Source of the DNA: an uncultured virus (IMG/VR IMGVR_UViG_3300028393_000024) | Taxonomy: Duplodnaviria; Heunggongvirae; Uroviricota; Caudoviricetes | Reading direction: 5' to 3' (one strand) | DNA: 64,000 nt | Virus record (IMG/VR): IMGVR_UViG_3300028393_000024 | Shown here: piece after piece, positions 39,388 through 48,663 of the stretch | Numbering within the stretch: position 1 is the first letter of the stretch | Layout: every line of letters starts with the position of its first letter | Translations under genes and position numbers: made by a program | The notes under the pieces: model-generated | What the model was told of the DNA's origin: nothing | The model's database searches: none | The model's input: only the letters and a program-made list of their open reading frames with translations

Positions 39388-41883
39388 ATGAAAGAATTTT
39401 ATACAAGCGTTGTTCAATATGGTAGTAAGATGCTTGTCCGTGGCTACGACAAAAGCGGAAGTCCTTTTAGACATCGTGTAGATTTCAACCCAACTATCTT
39501 TGTTCCATCAAACAAACCAACAGAGTATCAAACTCTTGATGGTAAGTATGTTGCTTCACTTCAATGTGGCAATGTTTATGAGACCAAAGAATACATTGAA
39601 CGATACCAAGATATTCAAGGATTCGAGATCTACGGCAACAACAACTGGGTTGCTCAATTCATCAGCGACACTTATAAAGGTGAGATCGTTCCAGATACAG
39701 ATTTGGTTAAGATCTTTTCTTTGGATATTGAAACCAAAACCGAAAATGGTTTTCCCGATATCCCTTCAGCAAATGAAGAGATTCTTTTAATCACACTTCA
39801 AGATAACAAAACAAAAAAGATTGTTACCTTTGGTCGTCAACCAATTGGTAATGCTGGTGATGTTGACTATCGTTGTTTCGAAAACGAAGCACAGATGCTC
39901 AAGGAGTTCCTAATCTACTGGCAGGATAACTGTCCCGATGTTGTTACTGGTTGGAACATTAACTTCTTTGATATTCCTTATCTTATTCGTAGGATTGAAT
40001 ATGTTCTCGGTGAATCTTTTGCTAAGAAGATTTCGCCATGGGATATGATTCGTGAACGTAAGGTTGCCATGAAAGGTAGCGAGGAATTGACATACGACAT
40101 TCAAGGTGTTGCTATGTTAGACTACATGGATCTTTATAAGAAGTATACCTACTCGGCGCAAGAGTCTTATCGTCTTGATCATATTGCCTTTGTTGAGTTG
40201 GGTGAAAAGAAACTAGACCATAGTGAGTACGCAACCTTCAAAGACTTTTACACTCATAACTGGAAGAAGTTCGTCGCCTATAACATTCACGATGTACACT
40301 TGGTTGACAAACTTGAAGACAAGATGAAGTTGATCGAACTGCAGTTGACCATGGCGTATAATGCCAAGATTAACTATGAAGATGTATTCTCTCAGGTTCG
40401 TATGTGGGATGCTATCATTTATAATCATCTTCGTGAAAAGAATGTTGTCATACCACAAAACTCTGGTAATCGCAAAGGTGAGAAGTTTGAGGGTGCTTAT
40501 GTCAAGGATCCTCTTGTTGGTTTACACAAGTGGGTTGCTTCCTTTGACTTGAACAGTCTGTATCCTCACTTGATTATGCAGTATAACATCTCCCCTGAGA
40601 CAATGCTTGAGGGTCGTGAAACTGTAACAGTTGACTATCTACTTCAACAGAAGATTGACACCAGTTCTATCAAGGAACGCAATGTCACAATGACAGCCAA
40701 TGGCGTTTGCTATACCAAAGAGAAACTTGGTTTCATGCCAGAGTTGATGGCAACTATGTATGCCAATCGTTCTAAGTTTAAGAAGCAGATGTTGAAAGCT
40801 GAACAGGAATATCAAAACGACAAGAGCAAGAAAAACTTGCTAAAGGATATATCTCGACTTAACAACCTGCAGATGGCAATGAAGATTGCTCTAAACTCTG
40901 CTTATGGTGCAATGGGTAATCAATATTTCCGCTACTTTGATCTACGAATGGCAGAGGGAATTACCTTGTCTGGTCAGTTGTCGATTCGTTGGATGGCAAA
41001 CAAACTAAATGTTTTCCTAAACAAAACAATGAAGACCGAAGGCAAAGATTATGTCATTGCCATTGACACCGATTCAATCTATCTAACTCTTGAGAATCTA
41101 ATCGAATCTGTTTGTAAAGGTAAGACTGACGAAGAGAAGATTAAGTATATGGATAAGATATGCGAAGATGTTTTCCAGCCATTCATTGACAAGGGTTATG
41201 AAGAGTTGGCTGATTACATTAATGCCTATGCTCAAAAGATGCAGATGAAACGTGAGGTATTGGCAGACAAAGCAATCTGGACTGCCAAGAAGCGTTATAT
41301 CATAAATGTTCACAACTCTGAAGGTGTTCAATATGCGGAACCTAAAATTAAAGTTATGGGTCTTGAAATGGTCAAGTCCTCTACTCCTCAAGTTATACGT
41401 AACAAACTTAAAGATTCGATCAAGGTTATTCTTGAAGGAAATCAAAGCAAGATTCATTCGTATATACATTCGTTTAGAGATGAGTTTAACAAACTATCAA
41501 TTGAAGAGATTGCGTTCCCGAGATCAGTAAATGGTCTACGAGAGTATGGTAGAAGTTCCACGATCTATGGTAAGTCAACACCGATCGCAGTTCGTGGTGC
41601 GCTGTTGTTTAACTATCACACAAAAGAAAAGGGACTTGAGAAACAATACCAACCCATTCGTGATGGCGACAAGATTAAGTTTGTGTATCTCAAGACACCG
41701 AATCCGATTCAAGAAGATGTTATTTCTTTCTCTCAAGAACTACCTAAAGAATTAAACCTACATAGTTATGTAGACTACGAAAAACAATTCGAAAAGGTTT
41801 TCCTTGATGCAGTACAGATTGTTATTGAACCTTTGGGTTGGAGCGTAGAACCAAAATCATCACTGGAGGATTTCTTTGCGTAA
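39388..41883 (+). CDS. gp43: family B DNA polymerase
   Basis: DIET, SFDLNSLYP, KIALNSAYG, IDTDS, KKRY; C-terminal SLEDFF. Confidence 0.97.
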   Translation: MKEFYTSVVQYGSKMLVRGYDKSGSPFRHRVDFNPTIFVPSNKPTEYQTLDGKYVASLQCGNVYETKEYIERYQDIQGFEIYGNNNWVAQFISDTYKGEIVPDTDLVKIFSLDIETKTENGFPDIPSANEEILLITLQDNKTKKIVTFGRQPIGNAGDVDYRCFENEAQMLKEFLIYWQDNCPDVVTGWNINFFDIPYLIRRIEYVLGESFAKKISPWDMIRERKVAMKGSEELTYDIQGVAMLDYMDLYKKYTYSAQESYRLDHIAFVELGEKKLDHSEYATFKDFYTHNWKKFVAYNIHDVHLVDKLEDKMKLIELQLTMAYNAKINYEDVFSQVRMWDAIIYNHLREKNVVIPQNSGNRKGEKFEGAYVKDPLVGLHKWVASFDLNSLYPHLIMQYNISPETMLEGRETVTVDYLLQQKIDTSSIKERNVTMTANGVCYTKEKLGFMPELMATMYANRSKFKKQMLKAEQEYQNDKSKKNLLKDISRLNNLQMAMKIALNSAYGAMGNQYFRYFDLRMAEGITLSGQLSIRWMANKLNVFLNKTMKTEGKDYVIAIDTDSIYLTLENLIESVCKGKTDEEKIKYMDKICEDVFQPFIDKGYEELADYINAYAQKMQMKREVLADKAIWTAKKRYIINVHNSEGVQYAEPKIKVMGLEMVKSSTPQVIRNKLKDSIKVILEGNQSKIHSYIHSFRDEFNKLSIEEIAFPRSVNGLREYGRSSTIYGKSTPIAVRGALLFNYHTKEKGLEKQYQPIRDGDKIKFVYLKTPNPIQEDVISFSQELPKELNLHSYVDYEKQFEKVFLDAVQIVIEPLGWSVEPKSSLEDFFA

Positions 41884-42424
41884 TATTCGTATCATTAAAA
41901 CTGGCATCAATGTCAGCAAGATACTAAATCAGCTGAAGCAGCACCCCGACGATTGGATGAATCAAAGAAGAATTGAGGGTGTGCAATCTTTGGTTGATCG
42001 AGGTTATGATGACATCCCTGTTGGAAACCTTCAGCTCGTTATGGGTTCTGTAGAAAAAGCTGAAGACTTTGTGGGAGACAGTGAGATTTGTGTTCCAACT
42101 CCAGCAATACACAATCACACAGAGATTGTGGGATTCATGAAACGAAACTTTAAAAAGTTTAGTCGTTGTGGATTTCTGTCTCTGCCTGTCGATGGTGTTG
42201 TTGGACTACATATTGATGAGGGGACTTACTATCTAACAAGAGATCGTTATCACTTATCTATTCAAGGAAGATATAGATATTTTGTAGGCGATGAACACTA
42301 CGATGTTGAACCTGGAACTCTGCTCTGGTTCAACAACAAACTAATGCACGGAACTGCAAACATTGGAGATTGTACCAGAGTCACCTTTGTATTCGATGTC
42401 CCACACAGCAAGAATAATCCTTGA
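41876..42424 (+). CDS. Asp/Asn beta-hydroxylase-like 2OG-Fe(II) oxygenase
   Basis: HID...RYH...WFNNK.MH...RVTFVFD; TTG start with GGAGG SD. Confidence 0.75.
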   Translation: MRNIRIIKTGINVSKILNQLKQHPDDWMNQRRIEGVQSLVDRGYDDIPVGNLQLVMGSVEKAEDFVGDSEICVPTPAIHNHTEIVGFMKRNFKKFSRCGFLSLPVDGVVGLHIDEGTYYLTRDRYHLSIQGRYRYFVGDEHYDVEPGTLLWFNNKLMHGTANIGDCTRVTFVFDVPHSKNNP

Positions 42425-42449
42425 CTTGCAAACATATACATAGTATAAT
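42421..42449 (+). promoter_or_regulatory. sigma70-type promoter for uvsX
   Basis: TTGACT-17-TATAAT. Confidence 0.75.
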
Positions 42450-42472
42450 AGAAATAAATATTTGGAGAACAT

Positions 42473-43543
42473 ATGAGTTTATTAGATAAAATTAAAAAGA
42501 ATTCAACTATCAAGGATAGCGCAATTCTATCACAATCAAAATTCTTCACCAAGAAGGATATGATTCCTACCTCTGTCCCAGCAATCAACATTGCTTTGTC
42601 TGGTCGACTTGATGGTGGTTTAGTCCCAGGTGTTACAATGTGGGCTGGTCCATCGAAACACTTTAAAACGGCATTCTCTTTGTTAATGGCTAAGTCCTAT
42701 CTGGACAAGTATGACGATGCTGTTCTTTTATTTTATGACTCTGAGTTTGGTACTCCGCAGTCCTACTTTGATTCCTTTGGTATTGATACTGATAGAGTTA
42801 TTCACACTCCTCTTACCAATGTTGAACAGTTGAAGTTTGACATCATGCAACAACTTGAGGGTGTTGATCGTGGTGACCATTTGATTATTGTTATTGATTC
42901 TATTGGTAACCTTGCTTCTAAGAAAGAAGTTGAAGATGCTATGGAAGGTAAGTCTGTTGCTGATATGTCAAGAGCAAAGCAGATGAAGTCACTGTTCCGT
43001 ATGATCACACCACACTTGAATCTGAAAGATATCCCACTGGTTGTTGTCAATCATACCTACATGGAAATTGGTATGTTCCCCAAAGCAATCGTTGGTGGTG
43101 GCACTGGTTCGTACTACTCAGCTGACAATATTTTCATTATCGGTCGTCAACAAGAGAAAGAAGGAACTGAGGTTATCGGTTACAACTTTATTATTAATGT
43201 GGAGAAATCAAGGTACGTGCGTGAGAAATCTAAAATACCTGTTACTGTATATCATGATGGTGGTATCAGTCGTTGGTCTGGTCTACTTGACATTGCTATG
43301 GAATCGGGACATGTGGTTAAACCATCAAATGGATGGTACTCAAGAGTTGATACGGATACTGGTGAAATAGAAGATAAGAAATATCGTATCAAAGATACTG
43401 ATAACAAAGAATTCTGGATGCCTATTCTTGCCAAGAAAACATTCGTTCAGTTTGTTAAAGACAAGTATCAAGTTGGCTCAACTGAAATCCTCAAAGATGA
43501 GGACATCGAAAAAGAACTTGCAGAGATTGACAATGAAGACTGA
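42473..43543 (+). CDS. uvsX: RecA-like recombinase UvsX
   Basis: GPSKHFKT, YDSEFG, IDSIGNLASKKE, VGGGTG. Confidence 0.96.
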   Translation: MSLLDKIKKNSTIKDSAILSQSKFFTKKDMIPTSVPAINIALSGRLDGGLVPGVTMWAGPSKHFKTAFSLLMAKSYLDKYDDAVLLFYDSEFGTPQSYFDSFGIDTDRVIHTPLTNVEQLKFDIMQQLEGVDRGDHLIIVIDSIGNLASKKEVEDAMEGKSVADMSRAKQMKSLFRMITPHLNLKDIPLVVVNHTYMEIGMFPKAIVGGGTGSYYSADNIFIIGRQQEKEGTEVIGYNFIINVEKSRYVREKSKIPVTVYHDGGISRWSGLLDIAMESGHVVKPSNGWYSRVDTDTGEIEDKKYRIKDTDNKEFWMPILAKKTFVQFVKDKYQVGSTEILKDEDIEKELAEIDNED

Positions 43544-43865
43544 TATGGTTCGTCCACATAAGACATTAGAACGCAATGGAGTTCTTGCGTTAATGTTGAC
43601 GGAGGGAGAATTTTCAGGTATAATATTCTCTTATGGTCGAGTTTCCTTTGAAGAAGATAAAGAAAACGATAGACTTAGAGTTAAATTTGTATACAACATA
43701 CATGAACAAGAACCAGAAAATCTTGACCACACTGCCTTTAAAAAAGAGTTGGGCGATTTCCTAATGGAACTTATGGCGTATGGTGTAATTAATAACGATA
43801 TAGTATATACAGGCGGTGTTAATGAGAATAGAGAAGTCGATCCTATCGAACTTGATCCACAATGA
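43533..43865 (+). CDS. hypothetical protein in gp40 position
   Basis: Between uvsX and gp41 as T4 gp40; YGRVSF...KFVY. Confidence 0.55.
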   Translation: MKTDMVRPHKTLERNGVLALMLTEGEFSGIIFSYGRVSFEEDKENDRLRVKFVYNIHEQEPENLDHTAFKKELGDFLMELMAYGVINNDIVYTGGVNENREVDPIELDPQ

Positions 43866-45213
43866 AGAATATTGTCGTAAGGTAGTTCCTCATCTTAAGA
43901 CTGAGTATTTTTCTGACAGAAAAGAATCAGTAGTTGCTCAGGAACTTATAAAGTTTTTTGTAGAGTATAACAAGCCAGCATCTCCAGAAATCTTGGCGAT
44001 TGAAGTTGGCAACAGAAAAGATTTAAACGACAAGGAAGTGCCTGAGTTTGAAGTTTTTATTAATGAACTCACAAGTAAAGAAACTAATGTAGATTGGTTA
44101 CTTGGTGAAACAGAAAAATTCTGTAGAGATAAGGCAGTTTATAATGCGATTTTACAATCAATTAAAATCATTGATGGTGGGGATAAAGTTAATACCAAGG
44201 ATGCGATTCCTTCTATACTCTCTGATGCTCTTGCCGTGTCTTTTGATAACCATGTTGGTCATGACTACATCGAGGATTTTGATGACAGGTATGATTTTTA
44301 TCATAGGGTGGAAGAGAAGATTGCATTCGATCTTGATCTCTTTAATAAAATCACTAAAGGTGGATTATCAAAGAAGACCCTTAGTGTGGTACTGGCTGGT
44401 ACTGGGGTTGGCAAGTCTTTGTTCATGTGTCATGTGGCTGCTAGCACCTTAATGCAAGGCAAGAATGTTTTATACATTACCATGGAGATGGCTGAAGAAA
44501 GAATCGCTGAGCGTATCGATGCCAACCTAATGAACATTGGTATGGATGAGTTAAGAATTATCGATAGAGAATTATATCAAAAGCGATTTAGTAAAGTATC
44601 TACAAAGACACAGGGTAAGTTGATTGTTAAAGAATATCCAACAGCAGGTGCCCACGCTGGTCACTTTAAAGCATTGCTTGAAGAATTGAAACAAAAGAAG
44701 AAGTTTGTTCCAGACATGGTTATCATTGATTACCTGAATATCTGTTCTTCTTCTAGAATGAAGCAAGGTGCCAATGTAAATTCTTATACATATATTAAGA
44801 GCATCGCAGAAGAGTTGAGAGGATTGGCAGTTGAATATGCTGTACCAATTTTATCAGCTACTCAAACGACTCGCTCGGGTTTTGCTAATACTGATGTAGG
44901 ATTAACAGACACTTCTGAATCATTTGGTTTACCAGCTACAGTGGATTTTATGTTTGCACTAATATCCTCTGAAGAATTGATGAACCTGAATCAGATTCTT
45001 GTGAAACAGTTGAAGAATCGTTACGGCGATCCATCTTACTTTAAGAAGTTTGTAATTGGGGTTGACAGATCTAAGATGAAGTTATATAATTTAGAAAGTA
45101 CCGCACAAGAAAACATATCTGACTCTGGACAAGAAGATACTGGTCCAGTTTTTGACAAGTCTGAATTCGGAAAGCGTGTAAAGGCAGAAGAGTTCGAAGG
45201 ATTTAAGTTTTAG
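43822..45213 (+). CDS. gp41: replicative DnaB-like helicase
   Basis: AGTGVGKS, ITMEMAE, IDYLNI, SATQTTR, KQLKNRY. Confidence 0.96.
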   Translation: MRIEKSILSNLIHNEEYCRKVVPHLKTEYFSDRKESVVAQELIKFFVEYNKPASPEILAIEVGNRKDLNDKEVPEFEVFINELTSKETNVDWLLGETEKFCRDKAVYNAILQSIKIIDGGDKVNTKDAIPSILSDALAVSFDNHVGHDYIEDFDDRYDFYHRVEEKIAFDLDLFNKITKGGLSKKTLSVVLAGTGVGKSLFMCHVAASTLMQGKNVLYITMEMAEERIAERIDANLMNIGMDELRIIDRELYQKRFSKVSTKTQGKLIVKEYPTAGAHAGHFKALLEELKQKKKFVPDMVIIDYLNICSSSRMKQGANVNSYTYIKSIAEELRGLAVEYAVPILSATQTTRSGFANTDVGLTDTSESFGLPATVDFMFALISSEELMNLNQILVKQLKNRYGDPSYFKKFVIGVDRSKMKLYNLESTAQENISDSGQEDTGPVFDKSEFGKRVKAEEFEGFKF

Positions 45214-45222
45214 GAGAGAGTT

Positions 45223-46581
45223 ATGGTTAGAAAAATTGTAGCAGAAAGAAAATATGACTGCACTGATTTATTGGGGAAATTCGTAGATGAACGACATTAT
45301 GATATCCTTGTTGAAGAAGATTGCGATGTTTATGCACCAGCTGATTGCGAAATTGGAGCACAGGCAGGCTGTGACAGAGACTGTTCAGACTGCGAAACAG
45401 GAACAGACGAAAGAAAAATCGTCTTCAAATTCCGCAAGAACTTCTTCACCAAAGAAGAGCAGCAAATGGCTTATATCGGATTACGCGAAGCAGCCACTCG
45501 GACGGAAAACAGGGGTATCGCATCGGGCATCAAAGAAGGTATAGTTGCCACTGACGAAGGTCGCGAATGGGTAACTAACTATCAAGATGAAATGACAACA
45601 GCCTTGTTGGCAAATCGCAACGCATCGCTTGATGAGAATGATGTTATCGATGCTATTCGTGCCAAGTATCCTCGTGATGTTGATAAGAAGATGGCTGGTG
45701 GTGCAGGTAAAAACAATGTCTGGGTTATCTCTCGCTATCGTGATGGTAAGTTTGACTTCGAAGCATGGTTAGATTCTATCAAACCTTTGAGTCGCACTGA
45801 GCGTGCAGACGCAACTGAAGAAGTTATGAAGATGATGAGTCTAACTACCTATGGTACTGCTGTTAATTCAGGTATCGCAGGCTGGTTTGATCGTTATCCT
45901 CGCATTCCCTATGGTCGTGCCACTTCTTACACTGCCAATAACTTTGACAAGTTTAAAATGTCCTATCCATTCTTACAATCACTGTCTCGTGGATTTAAGG
46001 AACTGCTACCATGGCGTTATACTAATCAGATGCAAGCAGCAGCGAAAATTGATCCAGCATTTCTTGTTCCTGAAACACCATTCACAACTGTTACGGTAAA
46101 CAAAACTTTCCGTACTGCTGCTCACTATGACGCAGGTGATTTAAACACTGGTCTTTCTAATCTGTTGACCTTGTCCAATGATGGCAACTACACAGGTGGT
46201 TACTTGATTGCGCCTGAGTATCGTGTTGCTGTCAATGTTCGTCCAGGAGATTTGTTGTTGATCAACAACCATGAAGTTATGCATGGCAACACTCCTATCG
46301 TTTGCGAAGAAGGTTCTGAGCGTATCTCGTTGGTTGTTTATTTCCGTGAGAAGATGCTTGAACTTGGTTCAAAAGAATATGAAGACTGCCGATATGACTT
46401 TGTTGAATCTCGCAGACTTAATAAAGAACATCCACTTTGGAAGAAACTTTGGAATGGAGTTTCTGAAGGTATGTGGGAATCAAAAGAATGGTATGACTAT
46501 TGCGAAAAGCATCTTGATCGTGACACACTAATTAAATATCACCCACTGGCAAATGCTGGCACACTTGAGGAGTTCTTTTAA
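45223..46581 (+). CDS. TET/JBP-family 2OG-Fe(II) 5-methylpyrimidine dioxygenase
   Basis: FTTVTVNKTFRTAAHYDAGD (HxD), GGYLIAPEY, MHGNT (distal H), ERISLVVYFRE (2OG Arg). Confidence 0.85.
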   Translation: MVRKIVAERKYDCTDLLGKFVDERHYDILVEEDCDVYAPADCEIGAQAGCDRDCSDCETGTDERKIVFKFRKNFFTKEEQQMAYIGLREAATRTENRGIASGIKEGIVATDEGREWVTNYQDEMTTALLANRNASLDENDVIDAIRAKYPRDVDKKMAGGAGKNNVWVISRYRDGKFDFEAWLDSIKPLSRTERADATEEVMKMMSLTTYGTAVNSGIAGWFDRYPRIPYGRATSYTANNFDKFKMSYPFLQSLSRGFKELLPWRYTNQMQAAAKIDPAFLVPETPFTTVTVNKTFRTAAHYDAGDLNTGLSNLLTLSNDGNYTGGYLIAPEYRVAVNVRPGDLLLINNHEVMHGNTPIVCEEGSERISLVVYFREKMLELGSKEYEDCRYDFVESRRLNKEHPLWKKLWNGVSEGMWESKEWYDYCEKHLDRDTLIKYHPLANAGTLEEFF

Positions 46582-47930
46582 TGAAAATTATGATGGTCAT
46601 GCATACCTTCAATAACTTTGGAGGTATTATCAACCACTGTGAACATCTCATGGCTGGTTTAAAAGAGTTGGGTCATGAGGTTACCTTTGCGTATCTTAAA
46701 CCAAACAAACAGGTAAAGTCTGTTGAGATTCCAACAACTCTTAAAGAAGGTTATGAAATTGGGGTTGGCTCAGGTTATCCAGTGCATCAGGGTGATGGTT
46801 GGATTGCTCCCTACTATTCTTACAAAGTTAAAGAGTCAATTGATCAGTTTATTCGTGATGCTAACACACATGACATTGTTATTTGGCAGTCAATCTTTGG
46901 CTTCAAAAACAAAGACACAGAGCAAGACTTGAACTGGTTGCCAATGGTTCAAAAGATTACGGCAAAACAAGTTCCAATTATTCATGATGCGAATTTGAAG
47001 AAACTATATCCATGGATTGTTTTATTTGAGAAACACTTTTCTGGAGTTGCCTGCGTACACCCTGCTGCTTATGAATCTGCGGATTTTCTTAATGTTCCAA
47101 GAGCATTAATCTTAAATCCTCAGGATATTGATGGTGTACCAGCGACCCCACCTTTCTCTGCTCGTGAGAATAAACTACTGTCGATTCAAACATTCAAGCG
47201 TTGGAAACGTGTCGATGATTTGATTCGTTCAGTTCCCTACATGCCACAGGTAAAAACTTTGGTCGGTGGTTATGGTATTGAAGCAGCCTACATGATGTCC
47301 AAAGATAAGTGTAAGGAAGAATACTATGCAACTAAAGACTATGATCCAGATGTAACACCCGATCGTGAGGGTAAGCGTATCTGGGAGAATGCCGAGAACT
47401 CAGGCAACTTTGAGTATATTGGGTTTATATCAGGAGGTAAACGTGATGAAATACTGGCCAGTTCTAAGTTTTTGGTTGATCCAAGTTGGTCTAATACTTT
47501 CGGGGAACACTTCAATAGAGTTGTTATTGATGCTATGCGGATTGGCACTGTTCCAATTGCTGTTAATTATGGGGTATCCAACAACGAAGAAGGAATGGGA
47601 GTCGTCCTCAAAGCAGGAATAAACTACTGCATGTTGAAGAAGTCTTACACACCGAAACAGTATGGCGAAGCGATCGCTAACTTTTGTGACATGAGCGAAG
47701 CTGATTACCGTCAAATTCAACTAAATAATTATGAACTGATCAAACAATTTGATCGTAAAGTTATTGCTCAGCACTATATTGATGTGGCTAATCAGAAACC
47801 AACTGGGTATCTAACTGAGTTGAAAGTTAAGACTAATCATGATCCATCTATTCACCAGAAAGCACAGGAGATGTTCGATGAACACTTTGAAAGCAAAAAG
47901 GAAGTTGACTTGGAATCACTATTTGGGTAG
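46581..47930 (+). CDS. GT-B fold (GT4-like) glycosyltransferase
   Basis: GGI..H...L..GL.ELGHEV, RWKRVD, EHFNRVVIDAM..G..PI. Confidence 0.8.
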   Translation: MKIMMVMHTFNNFGGIINHCEHLMAGLKELGHEVTFAYLKPNKQVKSVEIPTTLKEGYEIGVGSGYPVHQGDGWIAPYYSYKVKESIDQFIRDANTHDIVIWQSIFGFKNKDTEQDLNWLPMVQKITAKQVPIIHDANLKKLYPWIVLFEKHFSGVACVHPAAYESADFLNVPRALILNPQDIDGVPATPPFSARENKLLSIQTFKRWKRVDDLIRSVPYMPQVKTLVGGYGIEAAYMMSKDKCKEEYYATKDYDPDVTPDREGKRIWENAENSGNFEYIGFISGGKRDEILASSKFLVDPSWSNTFGEHFNRVVIDAMRIGTVPIAVNYGVSNNEEGMGVVLKAGINYCMLKKSYTPKQYGEAIANFCDMSEADYRQIQLNNYELIKQFDRKVIAQHYIDVANQKPTGYLTELKVKTNHDPSIHQKAQEMFDEHFESKKEVDLESLFG

Positions 47931-47936
47931 TGTAAG

Positions 47937-48629
47937 ATGAGACACATTCAAAGTTTAGACTTCGACTTTGTTGATATGCTGAACTTTGATGATCGCCCAT
48001 TCAGGGCAAAGTTTGTTCCAGCGAAAATCTGGAACGACCTTGATAGATACAAAAATGACGCCACTGGCTTGGGGAATTACTTCAAGAAGTGGCGATTTTC
48101 CATTGTATGGCACTATGAATCTAAGCCAACAAAGAAAATTGCCGTTGGTGGTGGTTACTACACAGATGAAGGTCGTTCTGAGTTAGATATTTGGACAAGT
48201 TCAGACACAGACTTCAATCACCACAAGTTTACAGATGTCTCATGGGCAAGGTTCAAGTACAGAACTATTCAAGTTTGTATGCATGAACTTATCCACTGTA
48301 AGCAGTACTATGGTAAGGATGAGGAGTACTGCGCCAGCAAGGTTTACTACTCAAGAACTGGAATTGAGCGCATAGACAACAACAGAGACTATCACTCTGG
48401 TCGTGATGAGATTGAGGCATATGCTCACTGCGTTTACCTTGACTTTAAGACCAAGCGTCCAACCATCCCAGTGGCAGAACTAATTCGACATGCCAAAACC
48501 TACAAGGTTTCAAAAACACTGTCTGGAATTCAAAGAGTATTTCAAACAGATCGTTACAATGAGGTTATCCCTCTCCTACTCCGTAAGATTTTAGTTTGGG
48601 AAAGAAAATATAATCGTTACCATGCTTGA
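47937..48629 (+). CDS. zincin-like (HEXXH) protein
   Basis: HELIHCKQ ... DEIEAYA. Confidence 0.6.
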   Translation: MRHIQSLDFDFVDMLNFDDRPFRAKFVPAKIWNDLDRYKNDATGLGNYFKKWRFSIVWHYESKPTKKIAVGGGYYTDEGRSELDIWTSSDTDFNHHKFTDVSWARFKYRTIQVCMHELIHCKQYYGKDEEYCASKVYYSRTGIERIDNNRDYHSGRDEIEAYAHCVYLDFKTKRPTIPVAELIRHAKTYKVSKTLSGIQRVFQTDRYNEVIPLLLRKILVWERKYNRYHA

Positions 48630-48654
48630 CTAAATATTGCTATTAAGGCATAAT
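48626..48654 (+). promoter_or_regulatory. overlapping sigma70-like and late-like promoters
   Basis: TTGACT-17-CATAAT containing ACTAAATA (48629-48636). Confidence 0.5.
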
Positions 48655-48663
48655 TTAATCACT

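Noticed and set aside
9689..45213. Inteins or introns in gp17, gp43, uvsX, gp41
   Set aside because: Each is a single ORF of ordinary length with contiguous motifs
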